A stretch of DNA of 64,000 nt from contig NC_043005.1 of the NCBI RefSeq assembly GCF_006345805.1, positions 106,764,001-106,828,000 on the forward strand, read 5' to 3'. The notes beneath the pieces were generated by a model. That model saw only the letters and a program-made list of their open reading frames with translations, did no database searches and was not told the DNA's origin. Source of the DNA: Octopus sinensis. Its lineage: Eukaryota. The position numbers were made by a program, and so were the translations under genes. Positions 1 to 13,523 of this stretch are shown one piece after another (the stretch's first letter is position 1; the number at the start of each line of letters is the position of its first letter).

Positions 1-2
1 CC

Positions 3-63
<61 letters not shown>

Positions 64-150
64 TGTGTGTGTGTGTGTGGTGTGTGTGTGTTAATATAGA
101 TATAGATATATATGTGTATGTATATATATATATATAATATATATTATATA

Positions 151-187
<37 letters not shown>

Positions 188-210
188 AATAATAAATAAG
201 TATATATATA
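1..210. repeat. (TA)n/(TG)n compound microsatellite
   Basis: Directly visible dinucleotide runs. Confidence 0.95.
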
Positions 211-670
211 CTTCTTTTTTCTACTGACCTATTATGTTCAGATTTTCCGTGTCTCTTTGTTGGAGAAGAAACGAAGCTTCTCCAGTTGTCTTCGCTTCAT
301 TTAATTTTGAAAAGTTCAAGTTTAAGGTCGCTTCTTTCCGTCTTATTTAATTCCATATACTCGGGGGCCAATTCTAACAAACCAGAAGACATGTTCTTTT
401 GATTCTGAAAATAATGACTTAAACACACTCTGAGCCATTAGAAGCACCTCCACCTACGTCATCAGCAATGGGTCTCTACACTGATCCTCGTAATGCTAGA
501 AACCACAGCTTACTGTACTATATAAAGAAGGATGCATTAGATAATGTTCATATTCTACAAAAATAATGGAATTGTCACACCTAGAACTCATTTGATAATA
601 AGTTTCTCGATTAGTGTTAACCTGGGGCAAAAGAACAATAAAACTTATAACAGACGTAATCACAACGATA

Positions 671-883
671 TCTTTATCTTTATCTTTTACTTGTTTCAGT
701 CATTTGACTGCGGCCATGCTGGAGCACCGCCTTTAATTGAGCAACTCGAACCCGGGACTTATTCTTTTGTAAGCCCAGTACTTACCCTATCGGTCTCTTT
801 TGCCGAACCGCTAAGTAACGGGGACATAAACATACCAGCATCGGTTGTCAAGCAATGCTAGGGGGACAAACACAGACAGACAA

Positions 884-920
<37 letters not shown>

Positions 921-1072
921 CATATATACGACGGGCTTCTTTCAGTTTCCGTCTACCAAATCCACTCACAAGGCTATAGTAGAAGACGCTTGCCCAAGGT
1001 GCCACACAGTGGGACTGAACCCGGAAGCATGTGGTTGGTAAACAAGCTACTTACCACACAGCCACTCCTGCG
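671..1072 (-). mobile_element. tRNA-derived SINE, family A (CORE-like body, internal TG/TA microsatellite, GTAAAAGA-type tail)
   Basis: Minus strand starts cgcaggagtggctgtgtggtaag...gggttcagtccc (A/B-box-like), then ccttgggcaag (CORE-like), and ends cagcatggccgcagtcaaatgactgaaacaagtaaaaga. It matches the copies at 37810, 49419, 59065 and 63899. It has a short internal deletion relative to those copies. Confidence 0.9.
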
Positions 1073-1165
1073 ATATGCAACAAAAACTGCAACGCAATGA
1101 TGCAGGCAATAGTACCACCTCTAACGCTAACTCAGTCACAAAGAGAATTGGAAACAACCAAAAAC

Positions 1166-2508
1166 AGCAACATCATAAATGGAAAGGAACCGGTCTGAGA
1201 GATTCCACTGTGAAACGATGAGGTAACGTCCCCTATGAAACAATGAGCAACACCATAAATGGAAAGGAACCGGTCTGAGAGCTTCCACTGTGAAACGATG
1301 AGGTAACGTCTCCTATGAAACAATGAGCAACACCATAAATGGAAAGGAACCGGTCTGAGAGCTTCCACTGTGAAACGATGAGGTAACGTCTCCTATGAAA
1401 CAATGAGCAACACCATAAATGGAAAGGAACCGGTCTGAGAGCTTCCACTGTGAAACGATGAGGTAACGTCTCCTATGAAACAATGAGCAACACCATAAAT
1501 GGAAAGGAACCGGTCTGAGAGCTTCCACTGTGAAACGATGAGGTAACGTCTCCTATGAAACAATGAGCAACACCATAAATGGAAAGAACCGGTCTGAGAG
1601 CTTCCACTGTGAACGATGAGGTAACGTCTCCTATGAAACAATGAGCAACCATAAATGGAAAGGAACCGGTCTGAGAGCTTCCACTGTGAAACGATGAGGT
1701 AACGTCTCTATGAAACAATGAGCAACACCATAAATGGAGGAACCGGTCTGAGAGCTTCCACTGTGAAACGATGAGGTAACGTCTCCTATGAAACAATGAG
1801 CAACACCATAAATGGAAGAACCGGTCTGAGAGCTTCCACTGTGAAACGATGAGGTAACGTCTCCTATGAACAATGAGCAACACCATAAATGAAAGGACCG
1901 GTCTGAGAGCTTCCACTGTGAAACGATGAGGTAACGTCTCCTATGAAACAATGAGCAACACCATAAATGGAAAGGAACCGGTCTGAGAGCTTCACTGTGA
2001 AACGATGAGTAACGTCCCTATAAACAATGAGCAACACCATAAATGGAAAGGAACCGGTCTGAGAGCTTCCACTGTGAAACGATGAGGTACGTCTCCTATG
2101 AAACAATGAGCAACACCATAAATGGAAAGAACCGGTCTGAGAGCTTCCACTGTGAAACGATGAGGTAACGTCCCCTATGAAACAATGAGCAACACCATAA
2201 TGGAAAGGAACCGGTCTGAGAGCTTCCACTGTGAAACGATGAGGTAACGTCTCCTATGAAACAATGAGCAACACCATAAATGGAAAGGAACCGTCTGAGA
2301 GCTTCCACTGTGAAACGATGAGGTAACGTCCCCTATGAAACATGAGCACACCATAAATGGAAAGGAACCGGTCTGAGAGCTTCCACTGTGAAACGATGAG
2401 GTAACGTCTCCTATGAAACAATGAGCAACACCATAAATGGAAAGGAACCGGTCTGAGAGCTTCCACTGTGAAACGATGAGGTAACGTCCCCTATGAAACA
2501 ATGAGCAA
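1166..2508. repeat. 80-bp tandem minisatellite, about 17 units
   Basis: Unit tgagcaacaccataaatggaaaggaaccggtctgagagcttccactgtgaaacgatgaggtaacgtctcctatgaaacaa. The ORF track recurs every 80 bp (1233/1313/1393/1473). There are no unique spacers. Confidence 0.97.
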
Positions 2509-5500
2509 TCTTTCTATCATAAACCGCTGCGGAACATTCTACTGGAAATCATCCAAGAGATCTGTACTATGGGCTGCAATGCCGAAATAAGTTCCCTAAA
2601 AATATTCTCCATACTCTTAGAAATATATCAATCTATTTTATGAAGAATCACAACAAAAGTAAACAGCAGTAGCCTTATTTATATTCTATTTAGTGCATGG
2701 CAATTTGGTTTGATAGAGACTATTTCTTTGCTAATTCTTTGAGGCCATGTGATTGTATGGGGACTTTGCTAATGTGTACGTTATTTGATCAGAAGTTACA
2801 CCCGAAGAAAATACATACCACTTACATAAAGAAACAAAATGTTTTAATGAAAATGAAAATCTGGAGATAATTACCGTAGTTACTTCCAATCAATGCTCTT
2901 GATATTACTTTAAGCTAATCATGTTCAAATATCCTGACACATTTATAGTGCTCTTGAACTCAGCAGTGAGAACTGTCTCCAGTCTGCCATTTTGATTATA
3001 TAAACAACAATAATCAACACTCTCGCTCTGTCTCTTCGTTTGTCTGGTTGTCTATCGTTCTCTCTCTGTCTCTGTCTTTCTGTTCCGCCTCTCTCTCGTA
3101 GTAACTTAGACGCAGCAGATAATAGTAAAAGTAATGACTCTTCTCAAAACTTCATGACAATCTTTTTTTTCTAACATAACAGAAATAAAGAAAAGATTGC
3201 ATTTTTTTCTCACTCTGATCTTCAACTGTCTTGAATAACCAGACACGTTAAGCTATGAGATTTCAATTGCAGTTTTTTTCTATTTCCTCCAGGTTACAAA
3301 CACCAATGTTATTTTCTATTCTGTTTACTTAAGCCATATTATCCGCTTGCACCACATGTGAAACGCATAAAGGATCCTTAATTCATAAATCCTGTACATA
3401 TACAATTTTCCTGCAGCAATTGATTCGCATCATTGACTTTCTAAATAGCAACACGAGCAGAAATTTCTGTCAAACACATTTATGTAAACTTTACTTTTAT
3501 TAATATTGTAATTTGATACTTGTTATTTTTCTATGCTTGAACAACTGTCCATTTTAAAATGTGTACTTCAAAACCTTCCGAATAACACGTGCTGCTTGAC
3601 ATTTAGTATCACTTAGACCGGAAGAGATTTATTTTCCCCAGTAGCATATAGAAAAGCTTATACGTGCAAGGTTATTAAAGGTATTTCTGTGCAGTCCTTA
3701 CTTTCTGTCTGCATCTTGCTGATGCGCACATGGCAATTTCTGTCAGCCCCTTGATTTCTTACCTTCTATAATATTTAATCTTGTTGGTGTGTCTGTATTA
3801 TCATTTGGTTTCCAGTACCTTTCGTTTTGCTGCTATCCGTATTTGAATGCTGCTCTACCAGTAATCTAAATAGGATCTCACGCAGCCAGATCAAGCTTTT
3901 GGCTTTTCACTGGTTTTATTTGGGTCAATAATAATCCAGTTTTATGTCCGACATGTTATTTATATAAGCATAATACATTCCCCTTCTTTCCCACCCAATC
4001 ACTTTTAATCCTGGCAAACGACAGCTTGACAAACGTCAGTTACCTGAGTTTTCACACTGTGCAAGTCTTAACCCCACTTTCCCAATAGAACAACAGCTAC
4101 TGAACAGAATTTAATATAAACAGTTTTTTTTAGTAAATAATATATAAATATTAACTTTGACCAGATGAGTCTCAAAAACGAATCTACCAAGCGTAAGCAA
4201 GCCAAACTTTGAAGTACATTGTGAAGTATGTGCTAATCACACCCTTAGGGATGAGAAAAACTCATAATCTTAATAGGTAACTTTTGTTAAGAAGGGATAG
4301 GAGACGAAACATGGAATTCTTATTAATTAAAATCAATTAAAATATCCTTCATTAATTATCTTAATGCCAAACTTTGTTAATTGTTTTTCAGAGACACTGT
4401 AACCCCCGAATCTCATTTCGTTTGTTACATTTTAACATTAAAATGATTGGAAGTTTGGATTGAGTTAACAGAATAGCCTTCTGCCTCTCGTACACAAATA
4501 GTTTCGTCCAAGCAGTTGGAAAGAGATGCTACGTGAAGACGATTTGTTATGCGTTGGAATCGGCAATGCTTCTGTACGTAAATATTTCGTCAACTTTATT
4601 ATTAAGCCAACACAATTCCGAAGTGTTCCATACACATTAAAACGGAACAAAGTGAATACAAAATCAGGTTCATGTGTCCTGCCTTATGTCATTGCATTAA
4701 CATGAGGTTTTATTTGGGTCTTCCATTAATCCAAAGAGATCGAGGATGTTGTTTTCTTATATTTCACTACTATTTCTACAACTACTATTACCACATATAT
4801 ATATTTCTGATACGCGATATCCGTTCGTACTTTTTTAAACCATTACCTCATAATTTGATTTATATAATTCATTACAAAGACTGCTTCAATCTGGAACCCT
4901 GAAGCATGTGTAAATAGTTGGTACTCTTGCATGACAGAATAAGTCTGTGGCCAAGACGAGGCTGCTCACGACCACAGCGTCTCATCTATTGTTATTTATC
5001 AACTAAACGTCCTAATGCTGCCTTTCCTTTCCGAAGCCATAAGGAGTTAATTTGGTTGTTATTTTGAGCAAATCAACCAACCAGATAGGGGTGCACCCAT
5101 TCCTCCACTGTGTAAATATAGTCCTAATTTTTAAAACAGTGCTAAATGCTACACGAAAACTAAACATTGATTGTACGGAAGGCTACTCAATTTTTTGTAC
5201 AGGAAGTAGTTAATTGTTGTCAATTAGACGAATTAAGCAATTTCACTTCGTAATATGAACGCTAAATGATATTTGCCATAACACGTAAGTAAGTGAGTTC
5301 GCTACAAAACGAACTGGTGATGATAAAAACTGATTAATGAGTACTTGAAAAGCAACAGTATAATCAGTCATCACTCTCCACCGAATATGAATTGATAGCA
5401 TGCACATGATTTTGCGAGTATTTTCTGTGTATGTGTAGACACGAAGAGATACCATTTCGGATCCTTCAAACTCCACCAAGCAAAAAAAAAAAAAAATAAT

Positions 5501-5599
5501 AATAATAAATCGGGACGTGGCGGCTGGAGGGAAAGAAAGTTGCATCTGCACCTAGTTGTTGCACTTTACTGCTGAACTGACTAGACTAACGTGCAATGA

Positions 5600-5695
5600 A
5601 GTGTTTTACTCAAGGTCACAACGCGCATGCCCGTTAAAAGTTGAAGCCATGACCTAATGATCCCGAGTCGAACACAATATCCGCTAGGGCACGGA
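5600..5695 (-). mobile_element. Decayed SINE head (family D-like)
   Basis: gtgttttactcaaggtcacaacgcg...ccgctagggcacgg resembles the better-preserved head at 27730-27886. Confidence 0.4.
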
Positions 5696-6238
5696 TCTCA
5701 CACTGGTTAAGAAGGCTACAAAGAAACAACGTGGTTCTGGGCTCTATCATATTTCCATCAACATTGGCAAGGATTCATTCTGCCACTGTTCTTCGCTTAA
5801 TCGCTGAAGCTTACACACACTCGCACACACACAGCTCCATATTAATATACCCATTCCTTGAAACTGATTTCAATATTCTAAAATAAACTTTCACTCATTT
5901 AAATGGTTCACATATGATTATAGGTGCATATATGTATTATGTAAACATATATGTACTATGAGTGTGTGTGTGTGTGTGTGTGTGTTATAATAGCGCTATA
6001 GAACAACACCCCCCCAAAAAATCTGTTTTAAATCATTGGTCACCATGCCAAAGGTTAACATACAGGGTATCGGAAACTAGTGTGAGATCAGAATGTGAAC
6101 CGCGGATCAGTGATGTTATAAGTTAAAAAATCTTCTGATGATATTATATAGACAATATGGCATTCGGATTCATCACATTAAATATTATATACTAGTACAC
6201 AGATATATGCACACAACCAAGATGATGATGATAATAGC

Positions 6239-6279
<41 letters not shown>

Positions 6280-6332
6280 TAATAATAATAATAATAATCA
6301 TAATAATCATAATAATAATAATGATAATCATC

Positions 6333-6541
6333 TTCTATAGGCACAAGTCCTATAATTCTAGGGGAGGGGCATAATCGAATATCACCAAAACCAGTACTGG
6401 ACTGATATCTATTTTATTGATTCGGTTGGGTGAAAGGCAAAGTCGAGCTCGCCGGAATTTGAACTCAGAAAGAAAAGACAGACAAAATGTCGCTAAGTAT
6501 TTTACCAGGTGCGCTGTCGATTCTGTCAGCTCACAGCCTTA
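6333..6541 (-). mobile_element. tRNA-derived SINE, family C
   Basis: Reverse complement has gagttcaaattccggcgagctcgactttgcctttcacc, the same B-box and body as the copies at 17244 and 42560. It lies between (TAA)n runs. Confidence 0.8.
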
Positions 6542-7296
6542 ATAATAAGAATAATAATAACAATAATGATTTTTAATAGCTAAAACCTTTAGCTAAAAGC
6601 GGACATCGTAGATCGGCGAAAGGGGCAGTACCAAAGGTTTTGATCGTACTTATCTACTAAGCCTCTTCGCTGATACTTCGATATCGCATTCAATACATAC
6701 AAGCTACATACATACATACATACATACATACATACATACATACATACATACATACATAAATACATACACACATACATACACACAGACACACGCACACAAA
6801 CACTCACACAGAATCGAACGCTCACACACGCAAATATTTATAGCTCTGTATAACACCCATTTAAAGATATATCCTTTTTATATCAAGATTTCAGCAATCC
6901 TTTTTCATCCCGTGCCACTACTAAACTATCTACAAAAGCGTTTATAAACACTAATTGAAACCATTACTATAGGCTACACTAGCGTTAGAAAACCGGCAGG
7001 ATTTTCTCCACTTTCACCACCACAACCACTACTACCACCTCGAGAATAATAGTATATATTTATTTATCCTTGGATTTTTCACCGTGTATCTCCCTGCTTT
7101 TGTTGTTTTCCATGTATATTTTATGATAAATTAGCGTATGTCAGTGGTAGACTTGAAGTGAGGGAAATGATGGTATTTGAAGAGTGACTTGCAGAAGCAA
7201 AAACTTCCAGTAGCTTAGCTTGGTATTTGGTAAAATGTGAAAGTTAAGGGGTCAATGAATCCCAAACTGACCTTTCAACAATGTCTTCAATAAGTA

Positions 7297-7338
<42 letters not shown>

Positions 7339-7371
7339 TATATATGTATATAATAAATATGTATATATATG

Positions 7372-7412
<41 letters not shown>

Positions 7413-8400
7413 ATATATATATATATATTATATCAAGATATGTATATATTTACACACATGTTAATATATATACATACTTATAATGTATATATCCGTATAA
7501 CGCACAGATATGTTTGTTATTGTTATTTTCTCGATAATATGCATACATATGTTGTAGTATCTATGTCTATATATTTCCCTTTACTTATGTTTACGTGTAG
7601 CTTTGTTTATGTAAACGTATGCCATATCGACACACCGAGAAGCAATGAAATTAAAGCTCAATGTTGTTGCGATGTAAATGTTCCAGTGACCAGTCTTCCC
7701 TTTCCACCTTCCTCTCATTCCTTTTTCTGATTCGATAATTCGATACTGTAATTCATTGTTAATTTAACGTTATTGTCATCATTAATAGGCCATGTTACCT
7801 CATCGTATCAAACATTATTAACACATCCCACCGTAACAACAACATATTATGAATACTCGACACATACGAACTAAGTCTCTTTCAAATACCATCTTCTTTG
7901 TTCTGCGTTTAAGCAAGGAAGAACACTTTAAATAATGTAATCCTAAATTTACGAAATACCTCAAAATCCAATCCTTGTTACTGCATGGTTCTTTGTGTGT
8001 TTCAATAAGAGTGATCGCTATGCCAGTGGAGTGCAATGCCTTGAGAGTCCAGGCTATTATTCATTTTTTTCTTACTAGAGATAGAAACGGGTTTGCATTG
8101 GGCCGACATCTTTACCTAGACAGAAATATGGAATCATCAGTGGCCATTTCAAATCCACGAATATCTGGGAGAGGAAAACCTTAAAAGACAATCCAGAGTA
8201 GAGAACGGCGGGAAAATGTCTCTGAAGTTCTAACCTCCAGAGAAAGCGAAGGGTCTAAGTAAGATAGGTGAAAATGATGCGACATATGAGACACAAAGGC
8301 TTTTAATAATCGATTAATACTATATTATTGAAACAAGGTTAAACAACATCGACAGCAATGTACTGTATATATATATATCTGTGTGCGTACATGTATATAT

Positions 8401-9560
8401 ACAGGGCCCCAGGCGCTAACACAACAACTAAACCACTTCATAGATGTACTCCTCAAACCTTTATGCCCACTGATACCAAGCTACATAAGGGAATACATAG
8501 ACTTCCTCTCACACATTCCAAATACAGTTCCGGAAAACACCATACTTGCAAGCTTCGATGTCACAAACTTATACACGAACATACCACACACCCTGGGTCT
8601 GGAAGCGATAAAACAATGGGTAGAAAAATACCGGGAACTCATAGAAAAACGTTTCAAAACACTTTATCACCAAAGCCACCCAATTAATACTTGAAGAAAA
8701 CACATTCTCATCTAACAACAAGACATACTGACAGATAAAGGGCACGGCTATGGGTACAAAATTCGCACCTTCATATGCCAACCTGGTGATGGGTTTCCTT
8801 GATAACAAACTATACGATGAAATAGGGAAAGTCTTCGAACACAATTTCAGAGAAGACATCCAGAAAAAGTGGAAACGCTACCTCGATGACTACTTCATCT
8901 TTTGGAACTGATCAGAAGATCTACGAACATTCTACAACATCCTCAACACACTGCACCCATCTATCAACTTCATGATAGACACCAGACACAACGAACTTAC
9001 CTTCCTAGGCATCAACATCAAGATACACAATTCCATCGTCACAACAGACATCTACTACAGAAAACCGACACACACCAATATTTAAATTTCTACTCCTGCC
9101 ACCCATCCCATATAAAAAGAAACATTCCATATTGTATGGCAAGATGCATATGCCACATAGTAACCGACTCACAAACATGCCAAATAAGACTAAATGAGCT
9201 TAAAATCTTCCTACTAGAACAAAAATACCCACCCAAATTAATAAAGAATGGAACCTCAAGAGCAATGAAGCTCGACATCACACAACTAAGAACTCCAAAA
9301 ATGAAAAACAAAGAAAATATCATCCCTTTCACACAACCCTGGAGTTACCAACATGCTTCAAATCATACAATCAAACTTACCAATATTCCTACAAAGCCCC
9401 AAAATGGGAAACATATTAAACAGATATTGCATAAAAAACAGTAAACACCAAGACAAAAACCTGAAGAAACAACTAACAAGAACGAAATTCTCATCAGAGA
9501 CTAAAGCCGAATTCTTTGTAAAAGAGTGCGGAGATATTGGACGTGGGATCTGCAGTAACC
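8401..9560 (+). mobile_element. Penelope-like element (PLE) reverse transcriptase fragment, 5'-truncated, pseudogenised
   Basis: Motifs across frames: SFDVTNLYTNIP; QIKGTAMGTKFAPSYANL; WKRYLDDYF; thumb HQYLNFYSCHPSHIKRNIP; cysteine linker VKECGD..IC. Several frameshifts and stops. GIY-YIG domain is absent. Confidence 0.9.
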
Positions 9561-9569
9561 TCACCTACA

Positions 9570-11752
9570 AATATGATGGAAGAGCACCTGGTAGAGACTT
9601 CATTGTTGGATATTGGTACAAGAAGCTAACATTCTACCGACCATATCTTATCAATCTGTACCATTAAGCTTTCATTGGGAACAGTAGCATACCACACCGG
9701 TTAGCTGTGGCAGAGACAAAATTGAACCCCAAGTGCAGAATCACTCACATGGAAAACGCTACAGGAAAATTGCATGCCAGAACTTAATGTGTAAGATATA
9801 TGCTGCATGCTTAAGCCTCTTCCTCTAAGACCATTATGAAACAGATAACATTATCACAGCAGAACAAGGAGCTGGGAAGAAGGTAACCTGGGGATGTGCC
9901 GAGCAATTATCAATCACCAAAACTGTGATTTCAGAGTTTCGAGAGCATAGGCGGAACCTGTTTCAATGTGGCTAAACGTCAAGAAAGCTTTTAACTCTGT
10001 TCCCCACTCATGGATGCTAGAAGCGCTTCAACTTGCTAAAGTTCCAGTGAGAATAGTCAAAGCCATAGCTGGCCTGACTTTATCGCGGACCACCATCTTG
10101 AAATTAAACACAAAGAGTGACTGTACTATCACCGATAGAATACAGTATCGCAAAAGCATATTCCAAGGAGAAAGCTTCTCTGTGATGTTGCTTATACTTT
10201 CTGTAAACCCCTTGTCATTCAGGTTGAGGAAGTCTGAAGGATTTCTCATTGGTTCACAAGGAAGCAGAAATACCAAGAACTTTATGCAGAGAATATGCAT
10301 GAGATGAAAAGATCCTTGACCTAATTACAATATTCTCAAAGGATACATGGTTTGAGTTTGGTCAGGATAAATGATGCTACATGGTTGTAGAAAGAAAGAA
10401 AGCTATAAACTAAACTAGTAACATCTCCATCAATAATTTGATTGTTTCCCCTGTATCTGACAAGGAATGTTACAGGTATCTAGGTGTGATGAAAATATAT
10501 CTTACAATGTCACCTGTAACAAAACACGTGTCACTAAAGAATAATACAGCCGAATAAAGAAAATTTGGATCTCAGGACTCTCTGCATTCAATAAAACAGT
10601 GGCGCACAAAGTGTTTGCAGTGCCAGTACTCATACCAACATTTGAACTGCTTGATTGGACACTAGATGAGATCCCAGCCATTGATGTGAAAACCCGAAAA
10701 ATACTAACAAGCAAACATAATTTCCACATAAACAGTGACATAGACCGCCACAACCTAAAACGAAAACAAGGCGGCAGAGGCTTAACATCGATCTTGAATA
10801 CCTTTCAATGACCCATCATATCCCTTCGGCAACAGCTTTTAATCACCAGGTATCGAAGTGCGTCCCTTGACCAAGTTGACGTATATGAGACTGATAACAT
10901 CATAAGACTCGGAAGGCATCCCCTTGAGCATCACTCTTAATCTGATAACCTAGAATATATTCCCAAAGAAGTCGCACGACTTTACCGCAATGTATCATTA
11001 GATGAAAATATGAGCCTATATGAGCAGGACATTATGCATGGATATGTTAGTAGAAAGATTCGTGATGATAGTAACATCGATCATCAAAACAAATTATCAT
11101 GAACCAATAGCCAGATTACTGACTCCAACTTTGAAGGGTATATATTTGCAATCCAGGAACAGGAATTATTAACCAAGTACCTGATGCACAAAAGGGATAG
11201 AGATGAAGGAAAAGCCGTAAAATGTGACAACCGATGCAGACTTTGTGGAGTTGACACTGAAGATATCACCTACATCATACGCAGCTGTCAGAAAATGAAA
11301 TCACGGTATTATCTACCGATGAGACATGACGTTGTTGCTAAGACACTCTATAATGAAATCCGTCGGAAGGATAATCCCGAAGATAAAAAAATAAGAAACC
11401 TCTATATGGTAGAAGGCATAGCCACTCATAATAAAATAATGAATACTGGTGGAATGTACCAGTGAAGACCTTAACAAAATGTAAGCACAACAGACTTGAT
11501 ATAAGGATTTGGGATAGAGAAGAGAAACTGTGCAAAATTGTGGAAATTAGCTTCACAGTGGATGTTAACACAAAGCTGAAGATCAGTGAAAAAGAGAACA
11601 TCTATGCTGAACTGAATCTGTAGTCACTATATTCAGATTACAAGTTCAGGTTTATACCTTTAATTATTGGGGCCCTTCGATATGTAACACACTGTCTAAA
11701 TATCAACCTTGAGAAATTAAGCTTCTCAAAACCAGAAAGGAGAAAGCTAATT
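9570..11752 (+). mobile_element. Decayed R4/Dong-clade non-LTR retrotransposon (RT, CCHC, RLE), truncated at both ends
   Basis: RAPGRD; WLNVKKAFNSVPHSW; IFQGESFS; KQGGRGL; CRLCGVDTEDITYIIRSC; RHDVVAK; RLE-like LDIRIWD..VEIS. Many stops and frameshifts. Confidence 0.88.
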
Positions 11753-12601
11753 CATATATACACACACAATACACACATACACACACAATACACACAGTAT
11801 ACACACACATGCACACTCAAACACAATAAGAACGATTTGGGAGAAACATTCTCTTTGCATTTCCATTATCTGATGCTGTTGTTGGTGAAGAAATTATGTT
11901 TCTTGTAGTTGTGGTCTGTATTGTTGCTGTTGTTATTGTTGTTGTCATCGTCGTTGTCATAACTGCGCATTGTTTTAAAATGCTGGACGGGATGTAAAAA
12001 GTACAAGCGAAAAGAAAAAAATTGGATAAAATGTGAAACTAAAAAAAAAGACGATCAGTAAAAAAGAAAGTGAATGGAGACGGAAGATTAATGCGGATAC
12101 ACACACACACACACACACACATATACATACAAACACACATACACTCACACGCATGCGGAAAAAAAAACTGGCATTCGTTATAATTTCCATATTTCACAAA
12201 CCGACTGGAAAACGTACTAATTTTCTTTTAAGTCTTATCGTGTAATACTCATCAAATTTTAAAGAAAACCGACAAGAAATATTAAGAGGAGAAAAAAAAT
12301 TAAAAGAGATTAGTTGAAAAAAAAACAGACATAAAAACAGAAATTTTAAAAAGTAGATGCAATAGGAAGAATATACTTGTGTGTGAGTGTATGACTGTGT
12401 ATGTAAATATATATATATACGCGCTCTCACAAAAAGACATCTATATATATATAACGGGAATAATATATTATATAATTACAATACGGTGATATTGAATTTT
12501 TCAGAAAAAATATATAGAATAAATAAATTACGTATACATTTGTATGTATGTATGTATGTATATATGTATGCATGTATGTATGTATGTAAATACATGTATG
12601 T

Positions 12602-12641
<40 letters not shown>

Positions 12642-12699
12642 TCTTTTTTATCAACTTCCTTTTCTAATGTTTCATAATTAACTGAAGCAACAGCACCAA

Positions 12700-12701
12700 T
12701 G

Positions 12702-12767
<66 letters not shown>

Positions 12768-12854
12768 TTGCTGCTGCTGATGATGATGATGACGATGATG
12801 ACGATGATGATGATGATAATAATAATAATAATAATAATAAGAATGATAATAATC

Positions 12855-12890
<36 letters not shown>

Positions 12891-12904
12891 GTAATAACAA
12901 TGAT
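12700..12904. repeat. Compound triplet microsatellite (CTA)n-(ATG)n-(ATA)n
   Basis: Directly visible. Confidence 0.95.
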
Positions 12905-13282
12905 TTAGTTTATTTGTCACAGCATGCCCCGGTGACAACATGGATCAATGTGAAAGAAGAAGAAAAAAATAAACCACTATGACGATTTGAAGTGGGAAAT
13001 ACTAAGTTTGTGGTCAATGAGGAAAATAGACTTGATACCAATAGTAATTGGTACACTTGGAAGTATCAGCACTCAACTACTAACATGGCTGAGAAAGATC
13101 GGTGCAAGTGCGAAGGTAGAACACCTACAAAAATATGCATTGCATGAAACCGCCAGAGTTCTTCGCAGGATTCTTGAAACAAGACCAATAAACAAAGTGT
13201 CACGTTAGTCTGCTGCCCGTGGACAGCTGGCACTTTCCATAATACACAGTAAAATAAGCTGTGAGTTAAAATCACATGATAA
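12905..13282 (+). mobile_element. 3' end of an R4/Dong-like LINE (RLE C-terminus and 3'UTR) inside (TAA)n
   Basis: DLKWEILSLWSMRKIDLIPIVIGTLG...LHETARVLRRIL, then a short UTR and a (TAA)n tail. (TAA)n also lies upstream. Confidence 0.85.
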
Positions 13283-13335
13283 ATAACAATAATAATAATA
13301 ATGATAATAATAATAATAATAATAAAATAATAATA

Positions 13336-13395
<60 letters not shown>

Positions 13396-13440
13396 TGATG
13401 ATAATAATAATAAAATAATAATAATAATAATAATATAATA

Positions 13441-13485
<45 letters not shown>

Positions 13486-13490
13486 TGATG

Positions 13491-13520
<30 letters not shown>

Positions 13521-13523
<3 letters not shown>

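Noticed and set aside
240-690. Possible polymerase-like peptide on the minus strand (FVRIGPRVYGIK)
   Set aside because: A single short motif amid stops, too weak to call a Polinton or any other element.
1190-1235. Hammerhead in the 80-bp unit (CUGA-GA...GAAAC G...C GUC)
   Set aside because: The order of motifs and a 3-bp helix III are suggestive, but the core is CUGAGA (N7 missing), helix II is at most 2 bp and helix I does not pair.
1166-2508. CRISPR array
   Set aside because: The units are contiguous near-identical repeats with no unique spacers, there are no cas genes, and the context is eukaryotic.
3100-4100. Possible CR1/L2 LINE relic on the minus strand
   Set aside because: Only loose motif impressions with no unambiguous conserved block.
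7789-7806. 13-nt match (acgatgaggtaac) to the 80-bp repeat on the minus strand
   Set aside because: A 13-mer match between an 80-bp query and 128 kb of two-strand sequence is within chance expectation.
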